Below, piece by piece: positions 33,208 through 50,374 of a stretch of 64,000 nucleotides of DNA. The notes under the pieces were generated by a model, which saw nothing but the letters and a program-made list of their open reading frames with translations, searched no databases and had not been told where the DNA came from. Numbering within the stretch: position 1 is the stretch's first letter; the number at the start of each line of letters is the position of its first letter. This DNA is from Escherichia coli (GTDB lineage: Bacteria; Pseudomonadota; Gammaproteobacteria; Enterobacterales; Enterobacteriaceae). Location of the stretch: NCBI RefSeq assembly GCF_024502345.1, contig NZ_JALDNN010000001.1. One strand, 5' to 3'. Made by a program: the position numbers and the translations under genes.

Positions 33208-34566
33208 ATGAAGGCAAAAGCGATATTACTCGCCTCTGTCCTGCTCGTGGGTTGCCAGAGTACCGGCAACGTTCAACAGCACGCACAGAGCCTTTCTGCA
33301 GCTGGTCAAGGGGAAGCAGCAAAGTTTACAAGTCAGGCACGATGGATGGACGATGGGACGTCTATCGCGCCAGATGGTGACTTGTGGGCTTTCATTGGCG
33401 ACGAGCTAAAGATGGGAATTCCGGAAAATGACCGGATTCGCGAACAGAAACAGAAATATTTACGCAATAAGAGCTATCTCCACGATGTAACTTTACGGGC
33501 AGAGCCGTATATGTACTGGATAGCCGGGCAAGTTAAAAAACGTAACATGCCTATGGAACTGGTACTACTACCCATAGTGGAGAGCGCTTTTGATCCTCAC
33601 GCAACGTCTGGCGCCAATGCCGCAGGCATCTGGCAGATCATTCCGAGCACGGGGCGCAATTATGGTTTGAAACAGACCCGCAATTATGACGCGCGTCGCG
33701 ATGTTGTTGCTTCAACAACTGCCGCGCTGAACATGATGCAGCGTCTGAACAAAATGTTTGACGGCGACTGGCTTCTGACCGTAGCGGCTTATAACAGCGG
33801 CGAAGGTCGGGTCATGAAGGCAATTAAAACGAACAAAGCGCGTGGGAAATCCACGGACTTCTGGTCGTTACCGTTGCCGCAGGAAACGAAGCAGTACGTG
33901 CCTAAAATGCTGGCATTGAGTGATATTCTCAAAAACAGCAAGCGTTATGGCGTACGTCTGCCAACGACCGATGAAAGCCGTGCTCTGGCGCGTGTGCACC
34001 TGAGCAGCCCGGTTGAAATGGCGAAGGTTGCAGATATGGCGGGGATTTCCGTCAGCAAGCTGAAGACATTCAACGCTGGCGTGAAAGGCTCCACGCTGGG
34101 CGCAAGTGGTCCGCAATACGTGATGGTGCCAAAGAAGCATGCAGATCAACTGCGTGAATCTCTGGCTTCAGGCGAAATTGCTGCTGTACAGTCGACGCTG
34201 GTTGCCGACAATACGCCGCTTAACAGCCGTGTTTACACCGTACGCTCTGGCGACACGCTTTCAAGTATCGCTTCACGTCTCGGCGTAAGCACCAAAGATT
34301 TGCAGCAGTGGAACAAACTGCGCGGATCTAAGCTGAAGCCAGGCCAAAGTTTGACGATTGGTGCAGGCAGTAGCGCACAGCGACTGGCAAACAACAGCGA
34401 TAGCATTACGTATCGTGTGCGCAAAGGCGATTCGCTTTCAAGCATTGCTAAACGCCACGGCGTGAACATCAAAGATGTGATGCGCTGGAACAGCGACACT
34501 GCGAATCTGCAACCAGGCGATAAGCTGACGTTGTTTGTGAAAAACAACAACATGCCAGATTCCTGA
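33208..34566 (+). CDS. mltD: Membrane-bound lytic murein transglycosylase D
   Basis: Lipoprotein signal (LLVGC), transglycosylase core, two C-terminal LysM repeats; 452 aa. Confidence 0.95.
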   Translation: MKAKAILLASVLLVGCQSTGNVQQHAQSLSAAGQGEAAKFTSQARWMDDGTSIAPDGDLWAFIGDELKMGIPENDRIREQKQKYLRNKSYLHDVTLRAEPYMYWIAGQVKKRNMPMELVLLPIVESAFDPHATSGANAAGIWQIIPSTGRNYGLKQTRNYDARRDVVASTTAALNMMQRLNKMFDGDWLLTVAAYNSGEGRVMKAIKTNKARGKSTDFWSLPLPQETKQYVPKMLALSDILKNSKRYGVRLPTTDESRALARVHLSSPVEMAKVADMAGISVSKLKTFNAGVKGSTLGASGPQYVMVPKKHADQLRESLASGEIAAVQSTLVADNTPLNSRVYTVRSGDTLSSIASRLGVSTKDLQQWNKLRGSKLKPGQSLTIGAGSSAQRLANNSDSITYRVRKGDSLSSIAKRHGVNIKDVMRWNSDTANLQPGDKLTLFVKNNNMPDS

Positions 34567-34580
34567 CAAACCAGATAATA

Positions 34581-34612
34581 AAAAGGCACCGATTCCCCCG
34601 GTGCCTTTTTTA
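34581..34612. terminator. Bidirectional rho-independent terminator between convergent mltD and yafE
   Basis: Stem GGCACCG / CGGTGCC flanked by A-run and T-run. Confidence 0.8.
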
Positions 34613-34613
34613 T

Positions 34614-35384
34614 TTATGCCGCTTTATGTGCATCTACCATGATGATATCACTGGTGAAAGAGCCATCATTCTGCAAGGCAAAATACGTTCTCACCTCTGT
34701 CGATGCGCTCTGTTGGTAAATGCGAATAGCGTCTACTAACGCTTCTGGCGTACGCATTCTCGCGACCCATGAAGAAAATTCCAGCGGTAACTTATCTGTA
34801 ATTAAATTATCAACTATCAGATTGGCTTCATTGATTAACCTCAACCACTCACCGCTGGCGTAGTTTCGTACGTGAGAGGTATCGCGTAATGCTTCTACCG
34901 TCTGTAACCAGATGTCGCGCACTGGGTGGCCCGGAGACATTACGTCCATCACAATCAGCCTACCGCCAGGTTTCAATATCCGGTTCACTTCACGCAGTGC
35001 TGCACCAACATCATGCCAGTGATGGGCAGAATAACGGCTGATAACAATATCAAATGCGTTATCGGCAAATGGCAGACTTTCGGCATATCCCTGGCGGGTG
35101 GTGATATTTTTCAGTTGCCGGGCTTCGGCAGCTTGTGCCACGACATCCAGCATATGGGCAGATAAGTCATACGCCACCACCGTGCTCACGTTTTGCGCAG
35201 CGACAAAGCTGGCATGCCCTGCTCCGCAGCCCATATCAAGTACACTTGCATCAGGATAATCAGCCAGACGCACCGCCAGGCGCTGTAAATCTCGTCCGGA
35301 TGCATGTACGGTACTGGTCAGATATTCGCTGGCTTGAGAGCTAAACTGCTTTTCTACGTGGTCATGGTGGGATTGTGTTGTCAT
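34614..35384 (-). CDS. yafE: SAM-dependent methyltransferase YafE
   Basis: MGCGAGH SAM-binding motif; synteny. Confidence 0.9.
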   Translation of the reverse strand: MTTQSHHDHVEKQFSSQASEYLTSTVHASGRDLQRLAVRLADYPDASVLDMGCGAGHASFVAAQNVSTVVAYDLSAHMLDVVAQAAEARQLKNITTRQGYAESLPFADNAFDIVISRYSAHHWHDVGAALREVNRILKPGGRLIVMDVMSPGHPVRDIWLQTVEALRDTSHVRNYASGEWLRLINEANLIVDNLITDKLPLEFSSWVARMRTPEALVDAIRIYQQSASTEVRTYFALQNDGSFTSDIIMVDAHKAA

Positions 35385-35461
35385 TACGCTGTCCTTTTGT
35401 TGTTTGAGTATAAAAGGGCAGCGCCATACGTTGGTCTGCCCTGTGGCAGACCTGACATACC

Positions 35462-36313
<852 letters not shown>

Positions 36314-36502
36314 CTACTGTTATAGGGATTTTAGCTCACTCTTTCAACGAGCAATTGTATATTGTTATGTAAGCAAGTGCTTACACCGGTCAGAATTTTG
36401 CTCATTATTGAGAACATTAAATCGGATGACATATCACGCATCCTGATGGTTTAATGACAAATAAATTCAAAATATCTCTTCTATTTTGCAACAGGAGCAA
36501 AA

Positions 36503-37417
36503 ATGAAAGCCACGTCGGAAGAACTCGCCATTTTTGTTTCGGTCGTAGAAAGCGGCAGCTTTAGCCGGGCAGCGGAACAATTAGGGCAAGCAAACTCTGC
36601 GGTAAGCCGGGCGGTGAAAAAGCTGGAGATGAAACTTGGCGTTAGCCTGCTTAATCGGACCACGCGACAACTTAGCCTGACGGAAGAAGGCGAGCGTTAT
36701 TTTCGTCGCGTACAGTCAATTTTGCAGGAGATGGCAGCGGCAGAATCAGAAATTATGGAGACGCGTAATACACCGCGTGGACTGTTACGGATCGATGCCG
36801 CAACTCCAGTGGTGCTGCACTTTCTGATGCCGTTGATTAAGCCTTTCCATGAACGCTATCCGGAAGTCACTTTATCGCTAGTCTCCTCCGAAACGATTAT
36901 TAATTTGATCGAAAGAAAAGTGGATGTCGCGATACGCGCTGGTACGTTAACGGATTCCAGCTTACGTGCCAGGCCGTTATTTAACAGTTATCGAAAAATT
37001 ATCGCCTCCCCCGATTATATTTCCCGCTACGGGAAGCCAGAAACGATCGACGATTTAAAGCAACATGTTTGCCTGGGATTCACTGAACCCGCTTCCCTCA
37101 ATACCTGGCCGATAGCCTGTAGTGATGGACAATTACATGAGGTGAAGTACGGTTTGTCATCCAATAGTGGGGAAACACTGAAACAGCTTTGCCTGAGTGG
37201 CAACGGGATTGCGTGTTTGTCCGACTACATGATCGACAGAGAAATCGCTCGCGGAGAATTGGTGGAGTTAATGGCAGATAAAGTGTTGCCAGTGGAAATG
37301 CCATTCAGTGCCGTCTATTACAGCGACCGTGCGGTAAGTACGCGCATCCGGGCTTTTATCGATTTCCTTAGCGAGCATGTAAAAACAGCTCCCGGAGGAG
37401 CTGTCAGAGAGGCTTAA
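36503..37417 (+). CDS. yafC: LysR-family transcriptional regulator YafC
   Basis: N-terminal LysR HTH ([30 protein letters not shown]); 304 aa. Confidence 0.92.
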   Translation: MKATSEELAIFVSVVESGSFSRAAEQLGQANSAVSRAVKKLEMKLGVSLLNRTTRQLSLTEEGERYFRRVQSILQEMAAAESEIMETRNTPRGLLRIDAATPVVLHFLMPLIKPFHERYPEVTLSLVSSETIINLIERKVDVAIRAGTLTDSSLRARPLFNSYRKIIASPDYISRYGKPETIDDLKQHVCLGFTEPASLNTWPIACSDGQLHEVKYGLSSNSGETLKQLCLSGNGIACLSDYMIDREIARGELVELMADKVLPVEMPFSAVYYSDRAVSTRIRAFIDFLSEHVKTAPGGAVREA

Positions 37418-38217
37418 TCCCATTCAGGAGCCAGACCTTCCGGGCTAACCAGGCGGTCGTTGCAATCCAGTGCGGCGATCGCTTTTTTATCTTCGGCATC
37501 AAGCTGTAAATTTTGTGCCTTAAGATTACTTTCCAGGTTTTTACGTTTAGTAGAAGAAGGAATTACTGAGTAACCTTCCCCCATAGCCCACGCCAGAATC
37601 ACTTGTGCCGGAGTCGCATTGTGTTTAGCTGCGATACGAGCAATAACCTCATCTTTCAGGGCCTTACCATACGCCAGCGTCATATAGGAAGTAATATGGA
37701 TGCCGTGCTGTTTAGCCCAGGCAACCACTTTACGGTTTTGCAGATAAGGAGAGAGTTCAATCTGGTTAGTAGCGATGTTTTCAGCGCCAACAGCAGCAAT
37801 CGCCTTTTCCATCAATGGGATCGTGAAGTTGGAAATACCGATCTCACGCGTCAGCCCTTGTTTTTTGGCTTCCAGCAGCGCCTGCATAAACTCTTCAACA
37901 GCGACTTCATCGTTTGGTGACGGCCAGTGGATTAGCGTCAGATCAACATAATCGGTACGCAATTTTTGCAGGCTCTCTTTCAGACTTGGGATCAATTTGT
38001 CTTTGCTGAGATTTTCAATCCAGATTTTAGTGGTGATGTAGAGTTCATGACGTGGCACGCCACTTTCTGCAATCGCCTGACCTACTGCGGCTTCGTTATC
38101 ATAGATTTGTGCGGTATCAATTGCGCGATAACCAAGTTCAAGCGCCGTTTTCACAGATGAAATAACAACGTCGTCTTTCAGACGGAAAGTACCTAAACCA
38201 AATGCAGGGATAGCCAT
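37414..38217 (-). CDS. dkgB: 2,5-diketo-D-gluconate reductase B (aldo-keto reductase)
   Basis: AKR motifs; 267 aa; synteny. Confidence 0.93.
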   Translation of the reverse strand: MAIPAFGLGTFRLKDDVVISSVKTALELGYRAIDTAQIYDNEAAVGQAIAESGVPRHELYITTKIWIENLSKDKLIPSLKESLQKLRTDYVDLTLIHWPSPNDEVAVEEFMQALLEAKKQGLTREIGISNFTIPLMEKAIAAVGAENIATNQIELSPYLQNRKVVAWAKQHGIHITSYMTLAYGKALKDEVIARIAAKHNATPAQVILAWAMGEGYSVIPSSTKRKNLESNLKAQNLQLDAEDKKAIAALDCNDRLVSPEGLAPEWD

Positions 38218-38337
38218 AATATGCCTCTTTTAATGCTATTTACGTTAACTGAGGTGATTATGGGCTTCAGACTGTTGAGGAAAAAGAGCGTAAAATGCAG
38301 AGGATTTTTGCGATTCTGGCAATAATAGATATACAGA

Positions 38338-38372
38338 CGAAAAAAAACCTCAAGCGTTAACTCGAGGCTTCT
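38338..38372 (-). terminator. rrnH operon terminator (downstream of aspU)
   Basis: Imperfect hairpin followed by T8 run on the minus strand. Confidence 0.6.
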
Positions 38373-38379
38373 TAATAAG

Positions 38380-38456
38380 TGGCGGAACGGACGGGACTCG
38401 AACCCGCGACCCCCTGCGTGACAGGCAGGTATTCTAACCGACTGAACTACCGCTCC
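38380..38456 (-). tRNA. aspU: tRNA-Asp (GUC), distal tRNA of rrnH operon
   Basis: Identical to aspV copy; follows 5S rRNA. Confidence 0.95.
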
Positions 38457-38508
38457 ACCGAATTCTTTTACAACCACCGGTTTTATGACCGGCTTACTGC
38501 TTAATTTG

Positions 38509-38628
38509 ATGCCTGGCAGTTCCCTACTCTCGCATGGGGAGACCCCACACTACCATCGGCGCTACGGCGTTTCACTTCTGAGTTCGGCATGGGGTCAGGT
38601 GGGACCACCGCGCTACGGCCGCCAGGCA
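38509..38628 (-). rRNA. rrfH: 5S ribosomal RNA
   Basis: 120 nt; reverse complement matches my recalled E. coli 5S sequence. Confidence 0.95.
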
Positions 38629-38720
38629 AATTCTGTTTTATCAGACCGCTTCTGCGTTCTGATTTAATCTGTATCAGGCTGAAAATCTTCTCTCATCCGC
38701 CAAAACACCTTCGGCGTTGT

Positions 38721-41623
<2,903 letters not shown>

Positions 41624-41806
41624 TCACAACCCGAAGATGTTTCTTGCGATCCATCATCGTGTTGCGAAAATTTGAGAGACTCACGAACAACTTTCGTTGT
41701 TCAGTGTTTCAATTTTCAGCTTGATCCAGATTTTTAAAGAGCAAAACTTCGCAGTGAACCTTTTCAGGTACACTCTGAAGTATTTTTTATTTAATCACTA
41801 CAGAGA

Positions 41807-41882
41807 TGGTGGAGCTATGCGGGATCGAACCGCAGACCTCCTGCGTGCAAAGCAGGCGCTCTCCCAGCTGAGCTATAGCCCC
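41807..41882 (-). tRNA. alaV: tRNA-Ala (UGC), rrn spacer tRNA
   Basis: Reverse complement matches my recalled tRNA-Ala (GGGGCTATAGCTCAGCTGGGAGAGCG...). Confidence 0.95.
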
Positions 41883-41924
41883 ATAACATGTAGTTAAAAC
41901 CTCTTCAAATTTGCCGTGCAAATT

Positions 41925-42001
<77 letters not shown>

Positions 42002-42069
42002 GTAGAGGTTTTACTGCTCATTTTCATCAGACAATCTGTGTGAGCACTGCAAAGAACGCTTCTTTAAGG

Positions 42070-43611
<1,542 letters not shown>

Positions 43612-43789
43612 AAGTTTGATGCTCAAAGAATTAAACTTCGTAATGAATTACGTGTTCACTCTTGAGACTTGGTATTCATTTTTCGTCTTGCGACGTTAAG
43701 AATCCGTATCTTCGAGTGCCCACACAGATTGTCTGATAAATTGTTAAAGAGCAGTTGCGACGCGGCTTTCAGCTCACTGTCGCGAGGTG

Positions 43790-43960
43790 GCGTATATTAC
43801 GCTTTCCTCTTTCAGAGTCAACCCTGAATTTCAGGATTTTTCTCTTCAACCGAACCGGCTGTTTGTGTGAAGTAATTCACATCCGCCGTGTCGATGGAGG
43901 CGCATTATAGGGAGTCGGCTCAGGAAGACAAGCGGAAAAATGCATTTTTATTTCAACCGC
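43790..43960 (-). promoter_or_regulatory. rrnH tandem promoters P2 and P1 with AT-rich UP element
   Basis: On the minus strand: P2 TTGACT (43816-43821) ... TAATAT; P1 TTGTCT (43926-43931), 16-bp spacer, TATAAT (43904-43909), GC-rich discriminator; AT-rich tract upstream of P1. Confidence 0.8.
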
Positions 43961-43971
43961 TCATCTTTTAA

Positions 43972-44547
43972 TCATTGCGCCGGTTTTTGCTGCTTTTTTA
44001 TCGCTTGCGGCAGGTCTGCCAGGCTATTTAACACCCAATCTGCCGCGTTTTCTGCTTCAGGTGTAATAGGTTTACCCGTACGCACCAGCACTTTTGTTCC
44101 CACGTTCGCCGCAACCGCTGCCTGCATATCTTCTAATTTATCGCCCACCATATAAGAAGCGGCCATATCAATATGCAAATAATCGCGTGCTGACAAAAGC
44201 ATCCCCGGATGTGGTTTGCGGCAATCGCAGACCTGGCGAAACTCTTCAACACTACCCTGCGGATGATGCGGGCAATAATAGATACCATCCAGATCGACAT
44301 CTCGGTCCGCCAGCGACCAGTCCATCCACTCGGTCAGCGTTTCAAACTGTGCTTCGGTAAATTTACCGCGAGCAATGCCAGACTGGTTGGTTACTACCAC
44401 CAGCGCAAAGCCCATTTTTTTTAGCTCGCGCATGGCGTCAATAACACCGTCGATAAATTCAAAGTTGTCGATCTCATGGACATAGCCGTGATCGACATTA
44501 ATGGTGCCATCACGGTCAAGAAAAATTGCGGGTACGCTCTTCGCCAC
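43972..44547 (-). CDS. gmhB: D,D-heptose 1,7-bisphosphate phosphatase
   Basis: HAD motif FLDRDGT; 191 aa; adjacent to rrnH as in K-12. Confidence 0.95.
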
Positions 44548-44734
44548 CTTTTATAGCTCCTTAATAAGGCATGTGACGCTAGTATCGCATGTTTCGACCT
44601 GCAAGAAAGTGCTCTTCGCATAAACCTGATTGATTTAGACGTCTGGATGCCTTAACATCCATTTCATTGACGGCGTTGCCCGTTTCAGGCATTCGAGATG
44701 CCACGACTAACTTAATGACGATAATAAATAATCA

Positions 44735-45766
44735 ATGATAAAACTTTCGAATATCACCAAAGTGTTCCACCAGGGCACCCGCACCATCCAGGCGTTGAAC
44801 AACGTCAGCCTGCATGTGCCAGCTGGACAAATTTATGGCGTTATCGGTGCCTCAGGCGCGGGTAAGAGTACGCTTATACGTTGTGTAAACCTGCTGGAGC
44901 GCCCAACCGAGGGTAGCGTGCTGGTCGATGGCCAGGAACTGACCACGCTGTCAGAATCCGAGTTGACCAAAGCTCGCCGCCAGATTGGTATGATTTTCCA
45001 GCATTTTAACCTGCTCTCTTCGCGTACTGTTTTTGGCAACGTGGCTCTGCCGCTGGAGCTGGACAACACACCGAAAGACGAGATCAAACGTCGCGTGACG
45101 GAATTGCTGTCATTGGTTGGTCTTGGCGATAAGCATGATAGCTACCCGTCGAATCTTTCCGGTGGGCAGAAACAACGTGTGGCGATTGCCCGTGCATTAG
45201 CCAGCAATCCCAAAGTATTGCTGTGTGATGAAGCCACCAGCGCGCTGGACCCGGCAACGACACGTTCTATTCTCGAACTGCTGAAAGACATTAACCGCCG
45301 TCTGGGTTTGACGATTCTGTTGATCACCCACGAAATGGACGTTGTGAAGCGTATTTGTGATTGCGTGGCGGTCATCAGCAATGGCGAACTGATCGAGCAG
45401 GACACGGTAAGTGAAGTGTTCTCGCATCCGAAAACGCCGCTGGCGCAGAAGTTTATTCAGTCGACCCTGCATCTGGATATCCCGGAAGATTACCAGGAAC
45501 GTCTGCAAGCGGAGCCATTTACTGACTGCGTGCCGATGTTGCGCCTGGAGTTTACCGGTCAATCGGTCGATGCCCCGCTGCTTTCTGAAACCGCGCGTCG
45601 TTTCAACGTCAACAACAACATTATTAGCGCGCAGATGGATTACGCCGGTGGCGTTAAGTTCGGCATCATGCTGACTGAAATGCACGGCACACAACAAGAT
45701 ACGCAAGCCGCCATTGCCTGGCTGCAGGAACACCATGTAAAAGTAGAGGTACTGGGTTATGTCTGA
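44735..45766 (+). CDS. metN: Methionine ABC transporter ATP-binding protein
   Basis: Walker [10 protein letters not shown], signature LSGGQKQR; 343 aa. Confidence 0.96.
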
Positions 45767-46412
45767 GCCGATGATGTGGTTGCTGGTTCGTGGCGTATGG
45801 GAAACGCTGGCAATGACCTTCGTATCCGGATTTTTTGGCTTTGTGATTGGTCTGCCGGTCGGCGTCCTGCTTTATGTTACGCGCCCGGGGCAAATTATTG
45901 CTAACGCGAAGCTGTATCGTACCGTTTCTGCGATTGTGAACATTTTCCGTTCCATCCCGTTCATTATCTTGCTGGTATGGATGATTCCGTTTACCCGCGT
46001 TATTGTCGGTACATCGATTGGTTTGCAGGCAGCGATTGTTCCGTTAACCGTTGGTGCAGCACCGTTTATTGCCCGTATGGTCGAGAACGCTCTGCTGGAG
46101 ATCCCAACCGGGTTAATTGAAGCTTCCCGCGCAATGGGTGCCACGCCGATGCAGATCGTCCGTAAGGTGCTGTTACCGGAAACACTGCCGGGTCTGGTGA
46201 ATGCGGCAACTATCACCCTGATTACCCTGGTCGGTTATTCCGCGATGGGTGGTGCAGTCGGTGCCGGTGGTTTAGGTCAGATTGGCTATCAGTATGGCTA
46301 CATCGGCTACAACGCGACGGTGATGAATACGGTACTGGTATTGCTGGTCATTCTGGTTTATTTAATTCAGTTCGCAGGCGACCGCATCGTCCGGGCTGTC
46401 ACTCGCAAGTAA
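45759..46412 (+). CDS. metI: Methionine ABC transporter permease
   Basis: 217-aa polytopic membrane protein, overlaps metN stop. Confidence 0.95.
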
Positions 46413-46451
46413 CGTTCAACACAACATAAATAATTGAAGAAGGAATAAGGT

Positions 46452-47267
46452 ATGGCGTTCAAATTCAAAACCTTTGCGGCAGTGGGAGCCCTGATTGGAT
46501 CACTGGCACTGGTAGGCTGCGGTCAGGATGAAAAAGATCCAAACCACATTAAAGTCGGCGTGATTGTTGGTGCCGAACAGCAGGTTGCAGAAGTCGCGCA
46601 GAAAGTTGCGAAAGACAAATATGGCCTGGACGTTGAGCTGGTAACCTTCAACGACTATGTTCTGCCAAACGAAGCATTGAGCAAAGGCGATATCGACGCC
46701 AACGCCTTCCAGCATAAACCGTACCTTGATCAGCAACTGAAAGATCGTGGCTACAAACTGGTCGCAGTAGGCAACACTTTTGTTTATCCGATTGCTGGTT
46801 ACTCAAAGAAAATCAAATCACTGGATGAACTGCAGGATGGTTCGCAGGTTGCCGTGCCAAACGATCCAACTAATCTTGGTCGTTCACTGCTGCTGCTGCA
46901 AAAAGTGGGCTTGATCAAACTGAAAGATGGCGTTGGCCTGCTGCCGACCGTTCTTGATGTTGTTGAGAACCCAAAAAATCTGAAAATTGTTGAGCTGGAA
47001 GCACCGCAGCTGCCTCGCTCTCTGGACGACGCGCAAATCGCTCTGGCAGTTATTAACACCACCTATGCCAGCCAGATTGGCCTGACTCCGGCGAAAGACG
47101 GTATCTTTGTCGAAGATAAAGACTCCCCGTATGTAAACCTGATCGTGACGCGTGAAGATAACAAAGACGCCGAGAACGTGAAGAAATTCGTCCAGGCTTA
47201 TCAGTCTGACGAAGTTTACGAAGCAGCAAACAAAGTGTTTAACGGCGGCGCTGTTAAAGGCTGGTAA
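46452..47267 (+). CDS. metQ: Methionine-binding lipoprotein
   Basis: Lipoprotein signal LALVGC; 271 aa. Confidence 0.95.
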   Translation: MAFKFKTFAAVGALIGSLALVGCGQDEKDPNHIKVGVIVGAEQQVAEVAQKVAKDKYGLDVELVTFNDYVLPNEALSKGDIDANAFQHKPYLDQQLKDRGYKLVAVGNTFVYPIAGYSKKIKSLDELQDGSQVAVPNDPTNLGRSLLLLQKVGLIKLKDGVGLLPTVLDVVENPKNLKIVELEAPQLPRSLDDAQIALAVINTTYASQIGLTPAKDGIFVEDKDSPYVNLIVTREDNKDAENVKKFVQAYQSDEVYEAANKVFNGGAVKGW

Positions 47268-47384
47268 TTTTTAGGCTGTTTCCACAATTTGTAATATCAT
47301 TCAGGACGGGCGCTTGCCCGTCTTGTCATTTTTACAAGCTCCTGATTCAATATTGACGTTTTGATCATACATTGAGGAAATACT

Positions 47385-47789
47385 ATGCGTGCTTTACCGA
47401 TCTGTTTAGTAGCACTCATGCTAAGCGGCTGTTCCATGTTAAGCAGATCCCCTGTCGAACCCGTTCAAAGCACTGCACCCCAGCCGAAAGCGGAGCCTGC
47501 AAAACCGAAAGCGCCGCACGCCACGCCGGTCCGAATTTATACCAATGCAGAAGAATTAGTCGGCAAACCGTTCCGCGATCTCGGTGAAGTCAGTGGCGAT
47601 TCTTGCCAGGCCTCCAATCAGGACTCTCCGCCGAGCATTCCAACCGCACGTAAGCGGATGCAAATCAACGCCTCGAAAATGAAGGCCAATGCGGTATTAC
47701 TGCATAGCTGCGAAGTCACCAGCGGTACGCCAGGCTGCTATCGTCAGGCTGTATGTATCGGTTCTGCGCTTAACATTACGGCGAAATGA
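47385..47789 (+). CDS. rcsF: Outer-membrane lipoprotein RcsF (Rcs phosphorelay sensor)
   Basis: Lipobox LMLSGC; 134 aa. Confidence 0.95.
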   Translation: MRALPICLVALMLSGCSMLSRSPVEPVQSTAPQPKAEPAKPKAPHATPVRIYTNAEELVGKPFRDLGEVSGDSCQASNQDSPPSIPTARKRMQINASKMKANAVLLHSCEVTSGTPGCYRQAVCIGSALNITAK

Positions 47790-48493
47790 GCAGTTTCCAG
47801 TTCGAGCAAATAGGCGTTATTCGCTCGCCCTATAAAGAAAAATTTGCCGTTCCGCGCCAGCCAGGTCTGGTAAAAAGCGCCAACGGCGAACTGCATCTCA
47901 TTGCTCCCTACAACCAGGCCGACGCCGTTCGCGGCCTGGAAGCGTTCAGCCATTTGTGGATCCTTTTCGTCTTTCATCAAACGATGGAAGGCGGCTGGCG
48001 TCCGACTGTGCGTCCACCGCGCCTCGGCGGTAACGCCAGAATGGGGGTTTTCGCAACACGCTCTACTTTCCGTCCTAACCCAATTGGTATGTCGCTGGTA
48101 GAGCTGAAAGAGGTTGTTTGCCATAAAGACAGCGTGATTCTGAAGCTCGGCAGTCTGGATCTGGTCGATGGTACGCCGGTAGTGGATATCAAACCGTATC
48201 TCCCCTTTGCCGAATCGCTTCCCGATGCCAGTGCCAGCTATGCGCAAAGTGCGCCAGCGGCAGAAATGCCGGTGAGTTTTACCGCAGAGGTCGAAAAGCA
48301 GCTTTTGACGCTGGAGAAGCGTTATCCGCAGTTAACCCTGTTTATCCGCGAAGTACTGGCGCAAGACCCGCGCCCGGCCTATCGTAAAGGTGAGGAAACG
48401 GGCAAAACCTATGCCGTCTGGCTGCATGATTTTAACGTTCGCTGGCGCATCACCGACGCAGGTTTTGAAGTCTTTGCGCTGGAACCGCGTTAA
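47786..48493 (+). CDS. tsaA: tRNA (adenine37-N6)-methyltransferase TsaA (YaeB)
   Basis: 235 aa; overlaps rcsF stop as in K-12. Confidence 0.93.
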   Translation: MSSFQFEQIGVIRSPYKEKFAVPRQPGLVKSANGELHLIAPYNQADAVRGLEAFSHLWILFVFHQTMEGGWRPTVRPPRLGGNARMGVFATRSTFRPNPIGMSLVELKEVVCHKDSVILKLGSLDLVDGTPVVDIKPYLPFAESLPDASASYAQSAPAAEMPVSFTAEVEKQLLTLEKRYPQLTLFIREVLAQDPRPAYRKGEETGKTYAVWLHDFNVRWRITDAGFEVFALEPR

Positions 48494-48603
48494 ATTCACG
48501 CCCTTCTCTTTTGACATTTCTTTTGCACTGGTAAACTAAATCACTTTTTTTGTCCCAGGCTCGCCTTGAGCCTGTTCTACCTTCCAACTGGAACCGTAAC
48601 AAC

Positions 48604-50322
48604 ATGCGTACTAGCCAATACCTGCTCTCCACTCTCAAGGAGACACCTGCCGACGCCGAGGTGATCAGCCATCAGCTGATGCTGCGCGCCGGGATGATCC
48701 GCAAGCTGGCCTCCGGGTTATATACCTGGCTGCCGACCGGCGTGCGCGTTCTGAAAAAAGTCGAAAACATCGTGCGTGAAGAGATGAACAACGCCGGTGC
48801 GATCGAGGTGTCGATGCCGGTGGTTCAGCCAGCCGATTTGTGGCAAGAGAGTGGTCGTTGGGAACAGTACGGTCCGGAACTGCTGCGTTTTGTTGACCGT
48901 GGCGAGCGTCCGTTCGTACTCGGCCCAACTCATGAAGAAGTTATCACTGACCTGATTCGTAACGAGCTTAGCTCTTACAAACAGCTGCCGCTGAACTTCT
49001 ATCAGATCCAGACCAAGTTCCGCGACGAAGTGCGTCCGCGTTTCGGCGTCATGCGTTCCCGCGAATTCCTGATGAAAGATGCTTACTCTTTCCATACTTC
49101 TCAGGAATCCCTGCAGGAAACCTACGATGCAATGTATGCGGCCTACAGCAAAATCTTCAGCCGCATGGGGCTGGATTTCCGCGCCGTACAGGCCGACACC
49201 GGTTCTATCGGCGGCAGCGCCTCTCACGAATTCCAGGTGCTGGCGCAGAGCGGTGAAGACGATGTGGTCTTCTCCGACACCTCTGACTATGCAGCGAACA
49301 TTGAACTGGCAGAAGCTATCGCGCCGAAAGAACCGCGCGCTGCTGCTACCCAGGAAATGACGCTGGTTGATACGCCGAACGCGAAAACCATCGCGGAACT
49401 GGTTGAACAGTTCAATCTGCCGATTGAGAAAACGGTTAAGACTCTGCTGGTTAAAGCGGTTGAAGGCAGTAGCTTCCCGCTGGTTGCGCTGCTGGTGCGC
49501 GGTGATCACGAGCTGAACGAAGTTAAAGCAGAAAAACTGCCGCAGGTTGCCAGCCCGCTGACTTTTGCGACTGAAGAAGAAATTCGTGCCGTGGTTAAAG
49601 CCGGTCCGGGTTCACTGGGTCCGGTAAACATGCCGATTCCGGTGGTGATTGACCGTACCGTTGCGGCGATGAGTGATTTCGCTGCTGGTGCTAACATCGA
49701 TGGTAAACACTACTTCGGTATCAACTGGGATCGCGATGTCGCTACCCCGGAAATTGCTGATATCCGCAACGTGGTGGCGGGCGATCCAAGCCCGGATGGT
49801 CAGGGTACGCTGCTGATCAAACGTGGTATCGAAGTTGGTCACATCTTCCAGCTGGGTACCAAGTACTCCGAAGCACTGAAAGCCTCCGTACAGGGTGAAG
49901 ATGGCCGTAACCAAATCCTGACTATGGGTTGCTACGGTATCGGGGTAACGCGTGTAGTAGCTGCGGCGATTGAGCAGAACTACGACGAACGCGGCATCGT
50001 ATGGCCTGACGCTATCGCGCCGTTCCAGGTGGCGATTCTGCCGATGAACATGCACAAATCCTTCCGCGTACAAGAGCTTGCTGAGAAACTGTACAGCGAA
50101 CTGCGCGCACAAGGTATCGAAGTGCTGCTGGATGACCGCAAAGAGCGTCCGGGCGTGATGTTTGCCGATATGGAACTGATCGGTATTCCGCACACTATTG
50201 TGCTGGGCGACCGTAACCTCGACAACGACGATATCGAATATAAATATCGTCGCAACGGCGAGAAACAGTTAATTAAGACTGGTGACATCGTCGAATATCT
50301 GGTGAAACAGATTAAAGGCTGA
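48604..50322 (+). CDS. proS: Prolyl-tRNA synthetase
   Basis: [21 protein letters not shown]-terminus; 572 aa (track ORF has a 18-codon upstream extension). Confidence 0.97.
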   Translation: MRTSQYLLSTLKETPADAEVISHQLMLRAGMIRKLASGLYTWLPTGVRVLKKVENIVREEMNNAGAIEVSMPVVQPADLWQESGRWEQYGPELLRFVDRGERPFVLGPTHEEVITDLIRNELSSYKQLPLNFYQIQTKFRDEVRPRFGVMRSREFLMKDAYSFHTSQESLQETYDAMYAAYSKIFSRMGLDFRAVQADTGSIGGSASHEFQVLAQSGEDDVVFSDTSDYAANIELAEAIAPKEPRAAATQEMTLVDTPNAKTIAELVEQFNLPIEKTVKTLLVKAVEGSSFPLVALLVRGDHELNEVKAEKLPQVASPLTFATEEEIRAVVKAGPGSLGPVNMPIPVVIDRTVAAMSDFAAGANIDGKHYFGINWDRDVATPEIADIRNVVAGDPSPDGQGTLLIKRGIEVGHIFQLGTKYSEALKASVQGEDGRNQILTMGCYGIGVTRVVAAAIEQNYDERGIVWPDAIAPFQVAILPMNMHKSFRVQELAEKLYSELRAQGIEVLLDDRKERPGVMFADMELIGIPHTIVLGDRNLDNDDIEYKYRRNGEKQLIKTGDIVEYLVKQIKG

Positions 50323-50374
50323 TGCCAGAAAGGGTCCTGAATTTCAGGGCCCTTTTTTACATGGATTGTATAAA

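Noticed and set aside
38509-38628. Possible sequence variant in 5S rRNA
   Set aside because: On re-reading, the sequence matches the canonical E. coli 5S rRNA as I recall it; the apparent difference was my own mis-recollection.
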